This document shows positions 8,932-17,357 of a DNA stretch of 32,000 nucleotides, piece after piece. Both the position numbers and the translations under genes were made by a program. This DNA comes from Acaryochloris thomasi RCC1774 (GTDB lineage: Bacteria; Cyanobacteriota; Cyanobacteriia; Thermosynechococcales; Thermosynechococcaceae). The notes beneath the pieces are model-generated. The model did not search any database. It was not told where the DNA came from and saw nothing but the letters and a program-made list of their open reading frames with translations. The DNA lies in NCBI RefSeq assembly GCF_003231495.1, contig NZ_PQWO01000014.1, positions 120,001 to 152,000 of the forward strand, written 5' to 3'. Position 1 is the stretch's first letter. Each line of letters begins with the position of its first letter.

Positions 8932-9996
8932 TTAAGGTGCGATCTCTGAGACATCGTATTCAGCCTCCTCCACCTTTAGCGATTTGAGGATAGAGCGATT
9001 GGTCTCAGCCAGATTGTTGTAGGCATCCACCTTCTGTTTATAGGTTTCAACCTGTTGATTGATTTGAGCCACCCGCTCCTGTAGATTCTGGGTTTGCAGA
9101 TTGTACTGCCGTACCTCTCGATTGAACCGATCCTTTTGGTATTCAAACTCCTGCACCAGACTCGAATCTCCCTGGCGGAGTGAGGCTTCCGCCCGTTGCT
9201 TGAGGCTGCGCAAATCAGCTTTCATCTGTTGAAGCCGTTGCTGGCGCGTATCCAGCTCGCTATCTGCCTGCCGAATAACGTTCTTCTGTTCCTTAAGACT
9301 GACTTCTAACGCATCAATCTCGGGCTTTAACTGTGTAGCCTGGGCCTCAAGCTGAGCCAAGACGCTACGGGAACGCTGGGCAAGGGCTATAACTTGCTGG
9401 CGATCTTGAAAATATTGCCGGTAGTGCTGCTCTAAATCGGGATCGCCCAAATCAGATAGCTCTGTCCCCAGATAGGCATGCAGCTCATTGAGGTAGATTT
9501 CAGGGTCACCGGCTTCATAGGCTTCCAGAATAGATGATAGATGAGAATCTTTCACCCGCTGCGCGGCTTTTCTCAGTTTTGGCGCTAGGCGAGCACGTTC
9601 TGCTTTGCCGAGTTCTTGGTAGGCGGCATGCAGCATTTCGTGGGCCGCAACCACCTCCATCATTCCCTGCAGTCGCGGTTCGGTGACCGATTGAATAACA
9701 ATGTTGCCTTTATAGCCATTGCTGGTAAAGCATCCCAGAATAATCGTTTTCTCACGGTCTCGCCCTGACTTGTGACAGAGGGTGTGAAACTGTTCCTTGG
9801 GTTTGATTTTTGGCTCTTGTTTGTAAAACAACTGCTGAGCATCGGGCGTCATTGCAGTGGCAATAGCTAACCGCTCAATCTCTGGCGAAGAGGGTTCATA
9901 GGATGTATTCAGGAATTGAGAGCAGCCCAGAACCGTCAAGCTGCCCAGCACTGAAAAGAGCGACAGGGTATAGATAGAGTGCCGTGGTTTTTGCAT
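8932..9996 (-). CDS. Putative lipoprotein with HExxH metallopeptidase-like motif and long C-terminal coiled coil
   Basis: 354 aa. Signal peptide plus lipobox (LGSLTVLGCSQ). HExxH in VVAAHEMLHAAY. The C-terminal ~150 aa are Q/E/L/R-rich and heptad-like. Confidence 0.7.
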   Translation of the reverse strand: MQKPRHSIYTLSLFSVLGSLTVLGCSQFLNTSYEPSSPEIERLAIATAMTPDAQQLFYKQEPKIKPKEQFHTLCHKSGRDREKTIILGCFTSNGYKGNIVIQSVTEPRLQGMMEVVAAHEMLHAAYQELGKAERARLAPKLRKAAQRVKDSHLSSILEAYEAGDPEIYLNELHAYLGTELSDLGDPDLEQHYRQYFQDRQQVIALAQRSRSVLAQLEAQATQLKPEIDALEVSLKEQKNVIRQADSELDTRQQRLQQMKADLRSLKQRAEASLRQGDSSLVQEFEYQKDRFNREVRQYNLQTQNLQERVAQINQQVETYKQKVDAYNNLAETNRSILKSLKVEEAEYDVSEIAP

Positions 9997-10116
9997 CTAC
10001 TTTAAGTGAGGCGGGATCTGTTAAATCAAGTCGCTGCATCCTACGCCATTCAAAATGGAGCACCTGCAGTCGTTCACTGACTAAGAGTGAAATGGATAGC
10101 TGTAACCAGAATGATT

Positions 10117-10136
10117 AGAGATGCGATCGCATCTCT
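10117..10136. repeat. 20-nt perfect palindrome centred on HIP1 (AGAGATGCGATCGCATCTCT)
   Basis: Read directly from the sequence. Lies in the divergent intergenic region 9997-10309. Confidence 0.9.
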
Positions 10137-10309
10137 TCTTCTGAGACAATGTTATCTATCGAGAAATGTACAATTAAACTGATATTCCTGATGATGGAGG
10201 GTTTTGGCTGCATCCGTCAGCATATCCTGAGATATCAAGCATCGAAGTACACACGCTGACAGCGGCCACAGCTACCAACTTAACCTTGGTACAGGTAAAA
10301 AGCTAACAG

Positions 10310-10675
10310 ATGAAGATGACAACCTTTATTCGTACATCTGGCCTTATTGTCGGTGCCGTAGCTGTGACATTGGCGAGTTCGACGGCTCCCAGTCGCGCAG
10401 ATATCTACGACGCTATCTTTGAACATCAGCTTGAGAAGTCGCGTTTGCGCGATTCCAAGTCACAGCCCGTACGGAAACGAGGCTTCAGATCCGGTCGAAT
10501 TATTAAGACTGAACCGTTCTATCAGCTCAAAAACGGAAAGGCCGTCGCCGTTGGCACAGCTCAGCAGGGAACATCCGTCTCACTTTTTAGCGTCAAGCGA
10601 GGCATCTATAGAATGGTTAGCTTCGGACGTGGTAATGCTGTTTGGGTTCGCGAACAAAACATTAAAGTTGACTAA
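10310..10675 (+). CDS. Small secreted hypothetical protein (possible SH3-like domain)
   Basis: 121 aa. Signal peptide ending APSRA|DI. The C-terminal part (GKAVAVGTAQQGTSVSLFSVKRGIYRMVSFGRGNAVWVREQNI) is beta-rich and SH3b-like; the domain call is weak. Confidence 0.55.
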   Translation: MKMTTFIRTSGLIVGAVAVTLASSTAPSRADIYDAIFEHQLEKSRLRDSKSQPVRKRGFRSGRIIKTEPFYQLKNGKAVAVGTAQQGTSVSLFSVKRGIYRMVSFGRGNAVWVREQNIKVD

Positions 10676-10726
10676 GATAAATGCTCTGTTCTCGATCCGC
10701 GCTAGTGCTTGATCCTCGTGCCTAGA

Positions 10727-11530
10727 TTAGGGGCGAAATAGGTGGTCATGATCAGGATGATAGAGACGAGACCGCGCCTCTGACTGATGCCCTTCTAAAG
10801 CAGGACTAATCATATACAGGACTGTCCGAATCAGCTTTTGAGATTCGGTTGCTTCAGCCATTTGATGCAGTGGAACGATGCAAATTTTTTCATCAGGCCA
10901 GCCCACTCGATAGCAAATAGCAACGGGTGTCTCAGCCGCATAGTGTTTCAATAGCTTCTTTTGGGCTACGTCTATATGACGAGCACTGAGATAGAGGCAA
11001 AGACTGGCTTTATGGGCCGCTAAGCTAGCGAGTTCTTCCGTTGCGGGCACATTGGTGCGGCCACTGGTGCGCGTCAGAATAATCGTCTGTACCAGTTCGG
11101 GTACCGTTAGTTCTACCTGAAGTTTGGCGGCAGCAGCCTGGAAAGCGCTAATACCGGGAATGATTTCAAAGGGCACGTCGGCTGCTGCAAGCGCCTGCAT
11201 CTGTTCATGGACCGCTCCATACAGTGTAGGGTCACCGGAGTGGAGACGAACGACGGAAAGCCCGGATCGCACCCGCTCAATCATCACCGGCAAAATATCT
11301 TCCAGAGTCTGGGTGGAGGTTGGAATCACCTCAGCATTCGGCTTTGCCAGCTTTACCATTGCCTTTGGCACCAGCGAATCAGCGTAGAGAATCACATCCG
11401 CCTGCTGCAGAATATTCTGAGCCTTCACCGTCAGCAGTTCTGGATCGCCCGGACCCGCCCCGACAATGTAAACCGCAGGGGCAAGTGCTTTCTGAGTAAC
11501 CTGGACAGAATCGAGAGCTGTGACAGTCAT
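10727..11530 (-). CDS. cobM: Precorrin-4 C(11)-methyltransferase
   Basis: 267 aa. VYIVGAGPGDPELLTVKA, ILYADSLVP, RLHSGDPTLYGAVHEQ, IIPGISAFQAAAAKLQVELTVPELVQTIILTR and LSARHI are all typical of CobM/CbiF. Confidence 0.85.
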   Translation of the reverse strand: MTVTALDSVQVTQKALAPAVYIVGAGPGDPELLTVKAQNILQQADVILYADSLVPKAMVKLAKPNAEVIPTSTQTLEDILPVMIERVRSGLSVVRLHSGDPTLYGAVHEQMQALAAADVPFEIIPGISAFQAAAAKLQVELTVPELVQTIILTRTSGRTNVPATEELASLAAHKASLCLYLSARHIDVAQKKLLKHYAAETPVAICYRVGWPDEKICIVPLHQMAEATESQKLIRTVLYMISPALEGHQSEARSRLYHPDHDHLFRP

Positions 11531-11586
11531 AGGGTGTTTAGAGATTGTTTTGGCAATGAATAACGAGCTGGGTCTTAATCAGTTAT

Positions 11587-12438
11587 TTAGATTAAGGGTC
11601 GTTTTTTAGGGGAAACAACATCTGGGAGATAGCGGTTGAGGTAGTATAGCCAGCCCAAGCCAATCAGACCACCAATGATGCCCACCAGACTGACCACCTG
11701 GGCGATCCGAAGCGGGCCGAGCATTAGGCTATCGGTTCGCAACCCCTCAATCCAAAAACGGCCTGCGCTGTAGCCGACGGAGTAGAGCAAAAATAGCGTA
11801 CCGGGCTTTGCCTTCGGGAACCGGAAGAACACCGTCAGCAGTAGGCCACACACCATCACATTCCACAGCGATTCGTATAGAAAAGTGGGGTGGTAGTAGG
11901 CTTCACTGGCTAGCCCCTCAGGACGGCTATTGGCAGGAATAAACAGCTTCCACGGTAAATTTGTGGGGGCACCAAAGGCTTCAGAGTTGAAGAAGTTGCC
12001 CCAGCGACCGATGGCCTGCCCGAGAATCAGTGAGGGGGCAACGGCATCCGCCAGTCGCCAGAACGAGATGCGCTGCAGACGACTGAAGATGATCGCCGCA
12101 ATCGTGCCGCCAATAATCGCACCGTGAATGGCAATGCCGCCGCGCCAAATCGCAATAATCTGCTCAGGGTTTTGGCTGTAGTAGTCCCACTGAAAGGCGA
12201 CGTAGTAAAGGCGTGCGCAGGGAATCGCACCGATGACGAGCCAGACTGCAAGATCGCCAATGATTTCGGGATTGAGACGGCGGGACTTTGCCAGCTTTTG
12301 GGAGAGCGTTACCCCAATCAAAATGGCACTCGCAATCAACAGCCCATAGAAGCGCAAACTCAAGGGGCCAATCTTTAGATTGGTTCCGGGAGAGGTAAAG
12401 GTAAATGCGAAGAGCGATTGAGCGGCAGCAAGCAGCAT
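11587..12438 (-). CDS. lgt: Prolipoprotein diacylglyceryl transferase
   Basis: ORF listed from TTG 12462; ATG 12438 is more likely. Lgt motifs: [56 protein letters not shown]. Confidence 0.9.
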   Translation of the reverse strand: MLLAAAQSLFAFTFTSPGTNLKIGPLSLRFYGLLIASAILIGVTLSQKLAKSRRLNPEIIGDLAVWLVIGAIPCARLYYVAFQWDYYSQNPEQIIAIWRGGIAIHGAIIGGTIAAIIFSRLQRISFWRLADAVAPSLILGQAIGRWGNFFNSEAFGAPTNLPWKLFIPANSRPEGLASEAYYHPTFLYESLWNVMVCGLLLTVFFRFPKAKPGTLFLLYSVGYSAGRFWIEGLRTDSLMLGPLRIAQVVSLVGIIGGLIGLGWLYYLNRYLPDVVSPKKRPLI

Positions 12439-12605
12439 AAAAATGACAACGATCGGGCACAAGGGCTAGTATCGCATTCCTGGGTTTTGCTTGATGCAAT
12501 TTGCGATTTCGCCACGGCGTTGGTCCTTTTTCCACACTGATGTCCTTGAATCTTCAATCCGCTGCCGGTTCAAGGGTTGAGGAAATGACGCCACAGACTA
12601 TTTCT

Positions 12606-12839
12606 CTAATCGACCGTGCGCGCTGTTTCGGGGGCTAGCTCTGCATTGGCCTCACACCCCTCAGCAAAACTTTGAATGGAGCCTGTGCTGAGGGATGGTT
12701 GCTGGGCGGACACGTGCAAAGCCTCGAACCCCACAACCGTTGAAGGTGTATCCAGCACAATGAGGAAAAGTGCAATCACTCTCAGCTCCTTATGAACAGC
12801 AGCGGCGGATGGAGAGAAATTTGCGATCGCAACTGACAT
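12606..12839 (-). CDS. Hypothetical 77-aa ORF (doubtful)
   Basis: The only ORF in the 660-nt lgt-sbtA spacer. No recognisable motif and no obvious SD. Its ATG lies inside a CTGACAT repeat cluster. Confidence 0.25.
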   Translation of the reverse strand: MSVAIANFSPSAAAVHKELRVIALFLIVLDTPSTVVGFEALHVSAQQPSLSTGSIQSFAEGCEANAELAPETARTVD

Positions 12840-12857
12840 TAATCTGACATATGTCAG
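12833..12857. promoter_or_regulatory. Operator-like cluster CTGACAT-taat-CTGACAT|ATGTCAG
   Basis: Three copies of one 7-mer. The last two form the perfect 14-nt palindrome CTGACATATGTCAG (12844-12857). Confidence 0.35.
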
Positions 12858-12981
12858 GGGTTGTCAAATATAAGATAAAATTATCTTTTGTATTTAACAT
12901 TGCGCTTTGTTCTGTGCCTTACTCAGTGCCAAATAGGACGCATTTTAGGATAGGCTTAAGCATATAAGATTTCTGTTTTTA

Positions 12982-12997
12982 ATAGATCTTTGTCTAT
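12982..12997. promoter_or_regulatory. ATAG-N8-CTAT palindrome, candidate CcmR/NdhR (LysR-type) binding site upstream of sbtA
   Basis: Sequence ATAGatctttgtCTAT, 129 nt upstream of the sbtA GTG in an AT-rich region. It matches the NdhR motif as I recall it from Jiang et al. 2018. Confidence 0.4.
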
Positions 12998-13020
12998 AGA
13001 AGGCGTGATGAATTGGTAAG

Positions 13021-13049
13021 TTAACTGGCTGTCCATCCGGGTGTATAGA
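13021..13049 (+). promoter_or_regulatory. Candidate sigma-70-type promoter for sbtA (TTAACT-17 nt-TATAGA)
   Basis: Hexamers at 13021-13026 and 13044-13049 with a 17-nt spacer, about 77 nt upstream of the sbtA start. Pattern match only. Confidence 0.3.
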
Positions 13050-13125
13050 GTCGGCCGCCCAGGATTCGAGGCCACGCTTGCTTGCCATCCTGCCCTCAAT
13101 ATCTGACTCAAGGAGGAATTACAAC

Positions 13126-14247
13126 GTGGATTTTTTGTCTGATTTTTTGACGCTCTTCTTGGCGAAGTTGCAGTCCCCGACACTTGGCTTTCTGATTGGT
13201 GGCATGGTCGTTGCCGCCGTCAATAGCCGTCTGACCATTCCAGATCCGATTTATAAGTTCATCGTCTTCATGCTGCTGCTAAAAGTTGGCCTGAGCGGTG
13301 GTATTGCAATCCGCGAGGCCAATCTAGCAGAGATGCTGTTGCCCGCAGCGTTCGCCATGATAGTGGGTATCCTGATCGTGTTCATCGGTCGCTACACATT
13401 GGCCAAGCTGCCGAACGTCAAAACCGTAGATGCCATCGCGACCGCGGGCTTGTTTGGTGCCGTGAGTGGCTCGACCCTCGCCGCCGCCCTGACCCTACTG
13501 GAAACAGAAGGCATCGAATACGAAGCCTGGGCCGCTGCCCTCTATCCCTTTATGGATATCCCCGCACTCGTGACCGCGATCGTCTTAGCGAGCATCTATA
13601 ACAACAAGCAGAAGCAGCGCCGTGCCGCAGAAGAGCAGCTCAGCAAGCAGGAGTATCTCAGTAAGCAACCCGTTGCCTCAGGTGGTTATTCCAGTGGGCA
13701 GAACGTTGCTGCAGGCGGGCGTCCCAAGAAACAGCAAGTTGAGCGGGTCAAAGTATGGCCCATCGTCAAGGAAAGTCTTCAGGGGTCTGCCCTATCGGCA
13801 CTGCTGCTGGGTCTTGCCCTAGGCATTCTAACCCAGCCAGAAAGTGTTTTTGAGAGCTTCTATGAACCCCTCTTCCGCGGCCTGCTTTCGATCCTGATGC
13901 TGGTCATGGGTATGGAGGCCACGGCAAGGCTCGGTGAGCTGCGTAAGGTGGGTCAGTGGTACGCTCTATATGCCTTTGTGGCCCCGCTTCTGCATGGGCT
14001 CATCGCCTTCGGCTTCGGCATGATTGCCCACGTCATCACGGGATTTAGCTTAGGTGGCGTCGTGATCATGGCCGTCATCGCCGCTTCCAGTTCAGATATC
14101 TCAGGGCCGCCCACTTTACGAGCCGGTATTCCTTCGGCCAATCCCTCTGCCTACATTGGCTCATCTACCGCCGTCGGCACGCCGGTTGCACTTGCCTTGG
14201 GCATACCGCTCTACATCGGACTTGCCCAGGCCCTGGCGGGTGGCTAA
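13126..14247 (+). CDS. sbtA: Sodium-dependent bicarbonate transporter SbtA
   Basis: ORF listed from 13078. GTG 13126 is preceded by AAGGAGG (13110-13116) and gives the classical N-terminus (M)DFLSDFLTLFLAKLQSPTLGFLIGGMVVAA. Two 5-TM halves are separated by a charged loop. Followed by sbtB. Confidence 0.9.
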   Translation: MDFLSDFLTLFLAKLQSPTLGFLIGGMVVAAVNSRLTIPDPIYKFIVFMLLLKVGLSGGIAIREANLAEMLLPAAFAMIVGILIVFIGRYTLAKLPNVKTVDAIATAGLFGAVSGSTLAAALTLLETEGIEYEAWAAALYPFMDIPALVTAIVLASIYNNKQKQRRAAEEQLSKQEYLSKQPVASGGYSSGQNVAAGGRPKKQQVERVKVWPIVKESLQGSALSALLLGLALGILTQPESVFESFYEPLFRGLLSILMLVMGMEATARLGELRKVGQWYALYAFVAPLLHGLIAFGFGMIAHVITGFSLGGVVIMAVIAASSSDISGPPTLRAGIPSANPSAYIGSSTAVGTPVALALGIPLYIGLAQALAGG

Positions 14248-14300
14248 TTCCAAACGGGGCAAGAAACACGACGACCCAGTTCAATGAATATATACATTAG

Positions 14301-14645
<345 letters not shown>

Positions 14646-14782
14646 ATTGAGATGACGTTCCAGATGGAAGCTGTTTAATCCTGAATTTACCTACCCCATT
14701 GACGCTCTTAGATATAGTCTCTAGCTGTAGCAAATCTACATCTGGTCCAGTGCGCTTGAAAGGAAAGACCCAGGAAAACACA

Positions 14783-15016
14783 ATGAATCAGGTCAAAGAT
14801 ACAGTCCAAGATAATAGCGGCTGGTCCGTTCATATTTACCAGGGTCGCCGCTTGCTTTTTTCGCTTTATCCTTCTCACGCCTGGATTTTTTTACTGGGAG
14901 CTGTCTCCAGTAGCCTGCTGATTTTTGCAGGCCTGCAGTGGTCGAATTGTGTGTCTCAACCCTCTAAACCAGGTTCGGCTCAGCCCGCACAGGTCGCCCC
15001 CCTCCAGTTAGATTAG
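14783..15016 (+). CDS. Small hypothetical membrane protein (77 aa, one TM helix)
   Basis: ORF listed from 14699; the internal ATG 14783 gives MNQVKDTVQD... with a hydrophobic segment AWIFLLGAVSSSLLIFAGL. No family recognised. Confidence 0.4.
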   Translation: MNQVKDTVQDNSGWSVHIYQGRRLLFSLYPSHAWIFLLGAVSSSLLIFAGLQWSNCVSQPSKPGSAQPAQVAPLQLD

Positions 15017-15182
15017 ATTGATTGAGGAAGCTACAGGGTATCAAGAGACAGCGCCGATATCGCAATGTTAGAAGCTGCGCCCTATCTTTATGTCTGCGGG
15101 CACGAGCGTATTGGGGATACTGCTGCTTTCCGTCATTCCAGACAATGGAGATATCAAGGTTATGGAGTGGACATGATTCGGC

Positions 15183-16370
15183 TTGATCATCTTTGTGCGA
15201 TTGAGCCCATCCATACTAGGATGCAGCAAAGCCCATTGCTTTCACGGGATAGTCTTTAACTTGCCACGTCTGAAACGAATTCAAAAATCAGCGGGCAATG
15301 ATCGCTACTATGCGGCGCTGAAGCAGAGATATCGAAAAACGCAGCAAGAACTTTTTCTGGGTCTTTTAGCGCTGCTCAGCGTCATCTTGACCGGAACCCT
15401 TTGGTATTGGCTCGTTGAGGGCTGGCGCTTCATAGAATCTCTCTATATGACCGTCATTACCCTAGCGACGGTGGGATTTTCCGAAGTGCAGCCCCTAGGC
15501 GATCGCGGTCGGCTGTTCACGATTTTACTGATCGTTTTGGGCATCGTTGCCGTCGGCTATATCGTCAACAGATTTACCGCCGCAATTGTGGGAGGCTACT
15601 TTCAAGAAGGAATGCGCTTAAATCAGCGTCGTAAACTCATGCAAGAACTGTCTGAGCATTATATTCTGTGCGGATTTGGGAGAACAGGACGTCAAATTGC
15701 CGAAGAGTTTTCTGTACAGAAGATTCCGTTTGTGGTGGTCGATGCCGACGAGGAAGCGGTGCAGCGGGCGCAGCGGATGGGTTTTGTGGCCGTGCAGGGG
15801 GATGCAACCCAAGATAATACCCTCCATTTACTGAAGATTGAGGCGGCCGTTTGTCTGGTCTCAGCCTTATCTTCCGATGCTGAAAATCTATACACTGTGC
15901 TCTCTGCTAGAACGCTCAACCCGAATATTCGCATTATTGCCCGGGCCAGTGGCGAAGATGCCATCCAGAAATTACAGCGAGTGGGGTCCGATGCGGTGAT
16001 CTCGCCCTATGTAACGGGGGGCAAGCGCATGGCTGCTGCTGCGCTGCGTCCGCAGGTAATGGACTTTATGGACGGAATCTTTTCTGGTGGAGATCGCACT
16101 TATTACATGGAAGAGTTTTTGCTTGATCCACTGGTCTGCTCTCAAATTGGTCAAACCCTGAAGGAATCGAAGTTGAGATCGCTGACCGGGGTATTAATTG
16201 TCGCTATCCGGCGAGAGCAAGGTGAACTGATCATCGGGCCAACTGCTGAGGTGCAACTCCAGGCAAGAGATTTTCTGATTTGTTTAGGCACGGCTGAGCA
16301 GCTCCAAATCATGAACCGCACTCTTTGCCCCATCAACTCTAGTCACCTGCAGCGACCACTCTGGGAATAG
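15183..16370 (+). CDS. Two-TM cation channel with RCK (TrkA-N/TrkA-C) domains, atypical selectivity filter
   Basis: TM1 (LFLGLLALLSVILTGTLWYWLV), pore helix and filter (SLYMTVITLATVGFSEV), TM2. Rossmann motif ILCGFGRTGRQIAEEF. TrkA-C-like C-terminus. Start uncertain: no in-frame ATG precedes the pore. Candidates are TTG 15183, GTG 15195, TTG 15201 and TTG 15261. Confidence 0.8.
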   Translation: MIIFVRLSPSILGCSKAHCFHGIVFNLPRLKRIQKSAGNDRYYAALKQRYRKTQQELFLGLLALLSVILTGTLWYWLVEGWRFIESLYMTVITLATVGFSEVQPLGDRGRLFTILLIVLGIVAVGYIVNRFTAAIVGGYFQEGMRLNQRRKLMQELSEHYILCGFGRTGRQIAEEFSVQKIPFVVVDADEEAVQRAQRMGFVAVQGDATQDNTLHLLKIEAAVCLVSALSSDAENLYTVLSARTLNPNIRIIARASGEDAIQKLQRVGSDAVISPYVTGGKRMAAAALRPQVMDFMDGIFSGGDRTYYMEEFLLDPLVCSQIGQTLKESKLRSLTGVLIVAIRREQGELIIGPTAEVQLQARDFLICLGTAEQLQIMNRTLCPINSSHLQRPLWE

Positions 16371-16387
16371 CAGATGTAATGCGAGCA

Positions 16388-16409
16388 GGGTTGAACTCTC
16401 CCTCAACCC
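16388..16409 (+). terminator. Hairpin GGGTTGA-actctccc-TCAACCC downstream of the channel gene
   Basis: 7-bp perfect stem with an 8-nt loop, 18 nt after the stop codon. No U-tract follows, so terminator function is uncertain. Confidence 0.3.
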
Positions 16410-16436
16410 AGGATCAGAATGGGACAGTCATTCATC

Positions 16437-16658
16437 GGTTGTATTGAAACAATCCGAGCAGACACGAGAATGCTAGGATTCCCTCGATTTTTTATACAGC
16501 TACCCCAAACATCTCAGAAGCGCACTGCCCACAGAATAAGACAGGGCAGATACTTGCGATATTTACACGGACAATCAACAGGCATAACTGAGAGCTAGGT
16601 GTGGAAAGGCTCTCAACCTAACATTCGAGCAGCCTATCGTTGCATATAACCTAGGCAT
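16437..16658 (-). mobile_element. Internally deleted (MITE-like) relic of an IS6-family element
   Basis: Minus strand from ATG 16585: MPVDCPCKYRKYLPCLILWAVRF*, resembling the IS6 transposase N-terminus (F-K-x-R-H-F...IILWAVRWY). This is joined directly to a 60-nt right-end block (16444-16503) that ends in an IR-like GGTTGTATTGAAAC (16437-16450). A possible left IR lies near 16639-16658. Confidence 0.55.
16465..16493 (+). terminator. Terminator-like hairpin plus T6 inside the IS6 end block
   Basis: CGAGAAT-gctagg-ATTCCCTCG: a 7-bp stem with a 2-nt bulge, followed by A and TTTTTT (16488-16493). About 95 nt downstream of the channel gene on the same strand. Confidence 0.35.
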
Positions 16659-16712
16659 CAACGGCAAGAGAATGTCACGATGGAGGAGCTGTATTGATAC
16701 ACGATTGCCAAT

Positions 16713-17324
16713 ATGTTTAAGCGCTGGTTTGCGATCGCAACTCTAACTCTCTTCTTCGCTCTTTATACATGGATGCCTGCCGTTTACGCCCAGGACCAAG
16801 CCAAGGCCATCTTTGCTGGCGGCTGCTTCTGGTGCATGGAAAAGCCCTTTGATGAACTACCGGGCGTAATTTCGACCACCTCGGGCTATACCGGCGGTAC
16901 AAAGGACAATCCAACATATGAAGAGGTCTCGTCAGGCAATACAGGCCACGCAGAGTCTGTGGAGGTCGTCTATGACCCAGAGCAGGTGAGCTATGACCAA
17001 CTGCTTGATGTCTACTGGCACAACGTTGACCCCGTGGATGGGGGCGGACAGTTTTGCGATCGCGGCAGTCAATATCGCCCCAGCATCTTCTATACATCGG
17101 ATGACCAAAAAGCTTTGGCAGAGCAGTCCAAACAAACGCTAGAGAAATCAGGTCAACTCCCGAAGCCGATTCAGACCACCATTGTTTCAGCCAGCGAGTT
17201 TTACCCTGCCGAAGATTATCACCAGAACTACTACGAAACAAACTCTACCTGGTATCACTTCTACCGCTTTACCTGTGGGCGAGATCAGCGACTAGCCAAG
17301 CTTTGGAAACAAGACAATGCTTAG
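16713..17324 (+). CDS. msrA: Peptide-methionine (S)-S-oxide reductase MsrA (secreted/membrane-anchored form)
   Basis: 203 aa. N-terminal signal-like helix, catalytic GGCFWCMEKPF, then GYTGG..NPTYEEV and HAESVEVVYDP. Confidence 0.9.
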   Translation: MFKRWFAIATLTLFFALYTWMPAVYAQDQAKAIFAGGCFWCMEKPFDELPGVISTTSGYTGGTKDNPTYEEVSSGNTGHAESVEVVYDPEQVSYDQLLDVYWHNVDPVDGGGQFCDRGSQYRPSIFYTSDDQKALAEQSKQTLEKSGQLPKPIQTTIVSASEFYPAEDYHQNYYETNSTWYHFYRFTCGRDQRLAKLWKQDNA

Positions 17325-17357
17325 GGGTTTATATTCTCTTTGTATTCGTTGTCTGAT

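Noticed and set aside
11930-12557. Several 60-123-aa ORFs on both strands within or overlapping lgt
   Set aside because: They overlap the well-supported Lgt frame, and none has an independent motif or a plausible start context.
15065-15259. 64-aa ORF upstream of and overlapping the channel gene, considered as a frameshifted N-terminus
   Set aside because: It has no channel-like or hydrophobic sequence, and nothing requires a longer N-terminus. The channel can start at TTG or GTG codons between 15183 and 15261.
16444-16503. The 60-nt repeat as a CRISPR repeat, tracrRNA or free-standing sRNA gene
   Set aside because: There are only two copies, 13.5 kb apart, with no repeat-spacer periodicity and no cas genes. 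The sequence is explained as the terminal region of IS6-derived elements. A secondary role as a terminator remains possible and is listed as a finding.
16717-17241. 174-aa minus-strand ORF across msrA
   Set aside because: It is antisense to an unambiguous MsrA frame (GGCFWC etc.). It is an Arg/Ser/Pro-rich shadow ORF.
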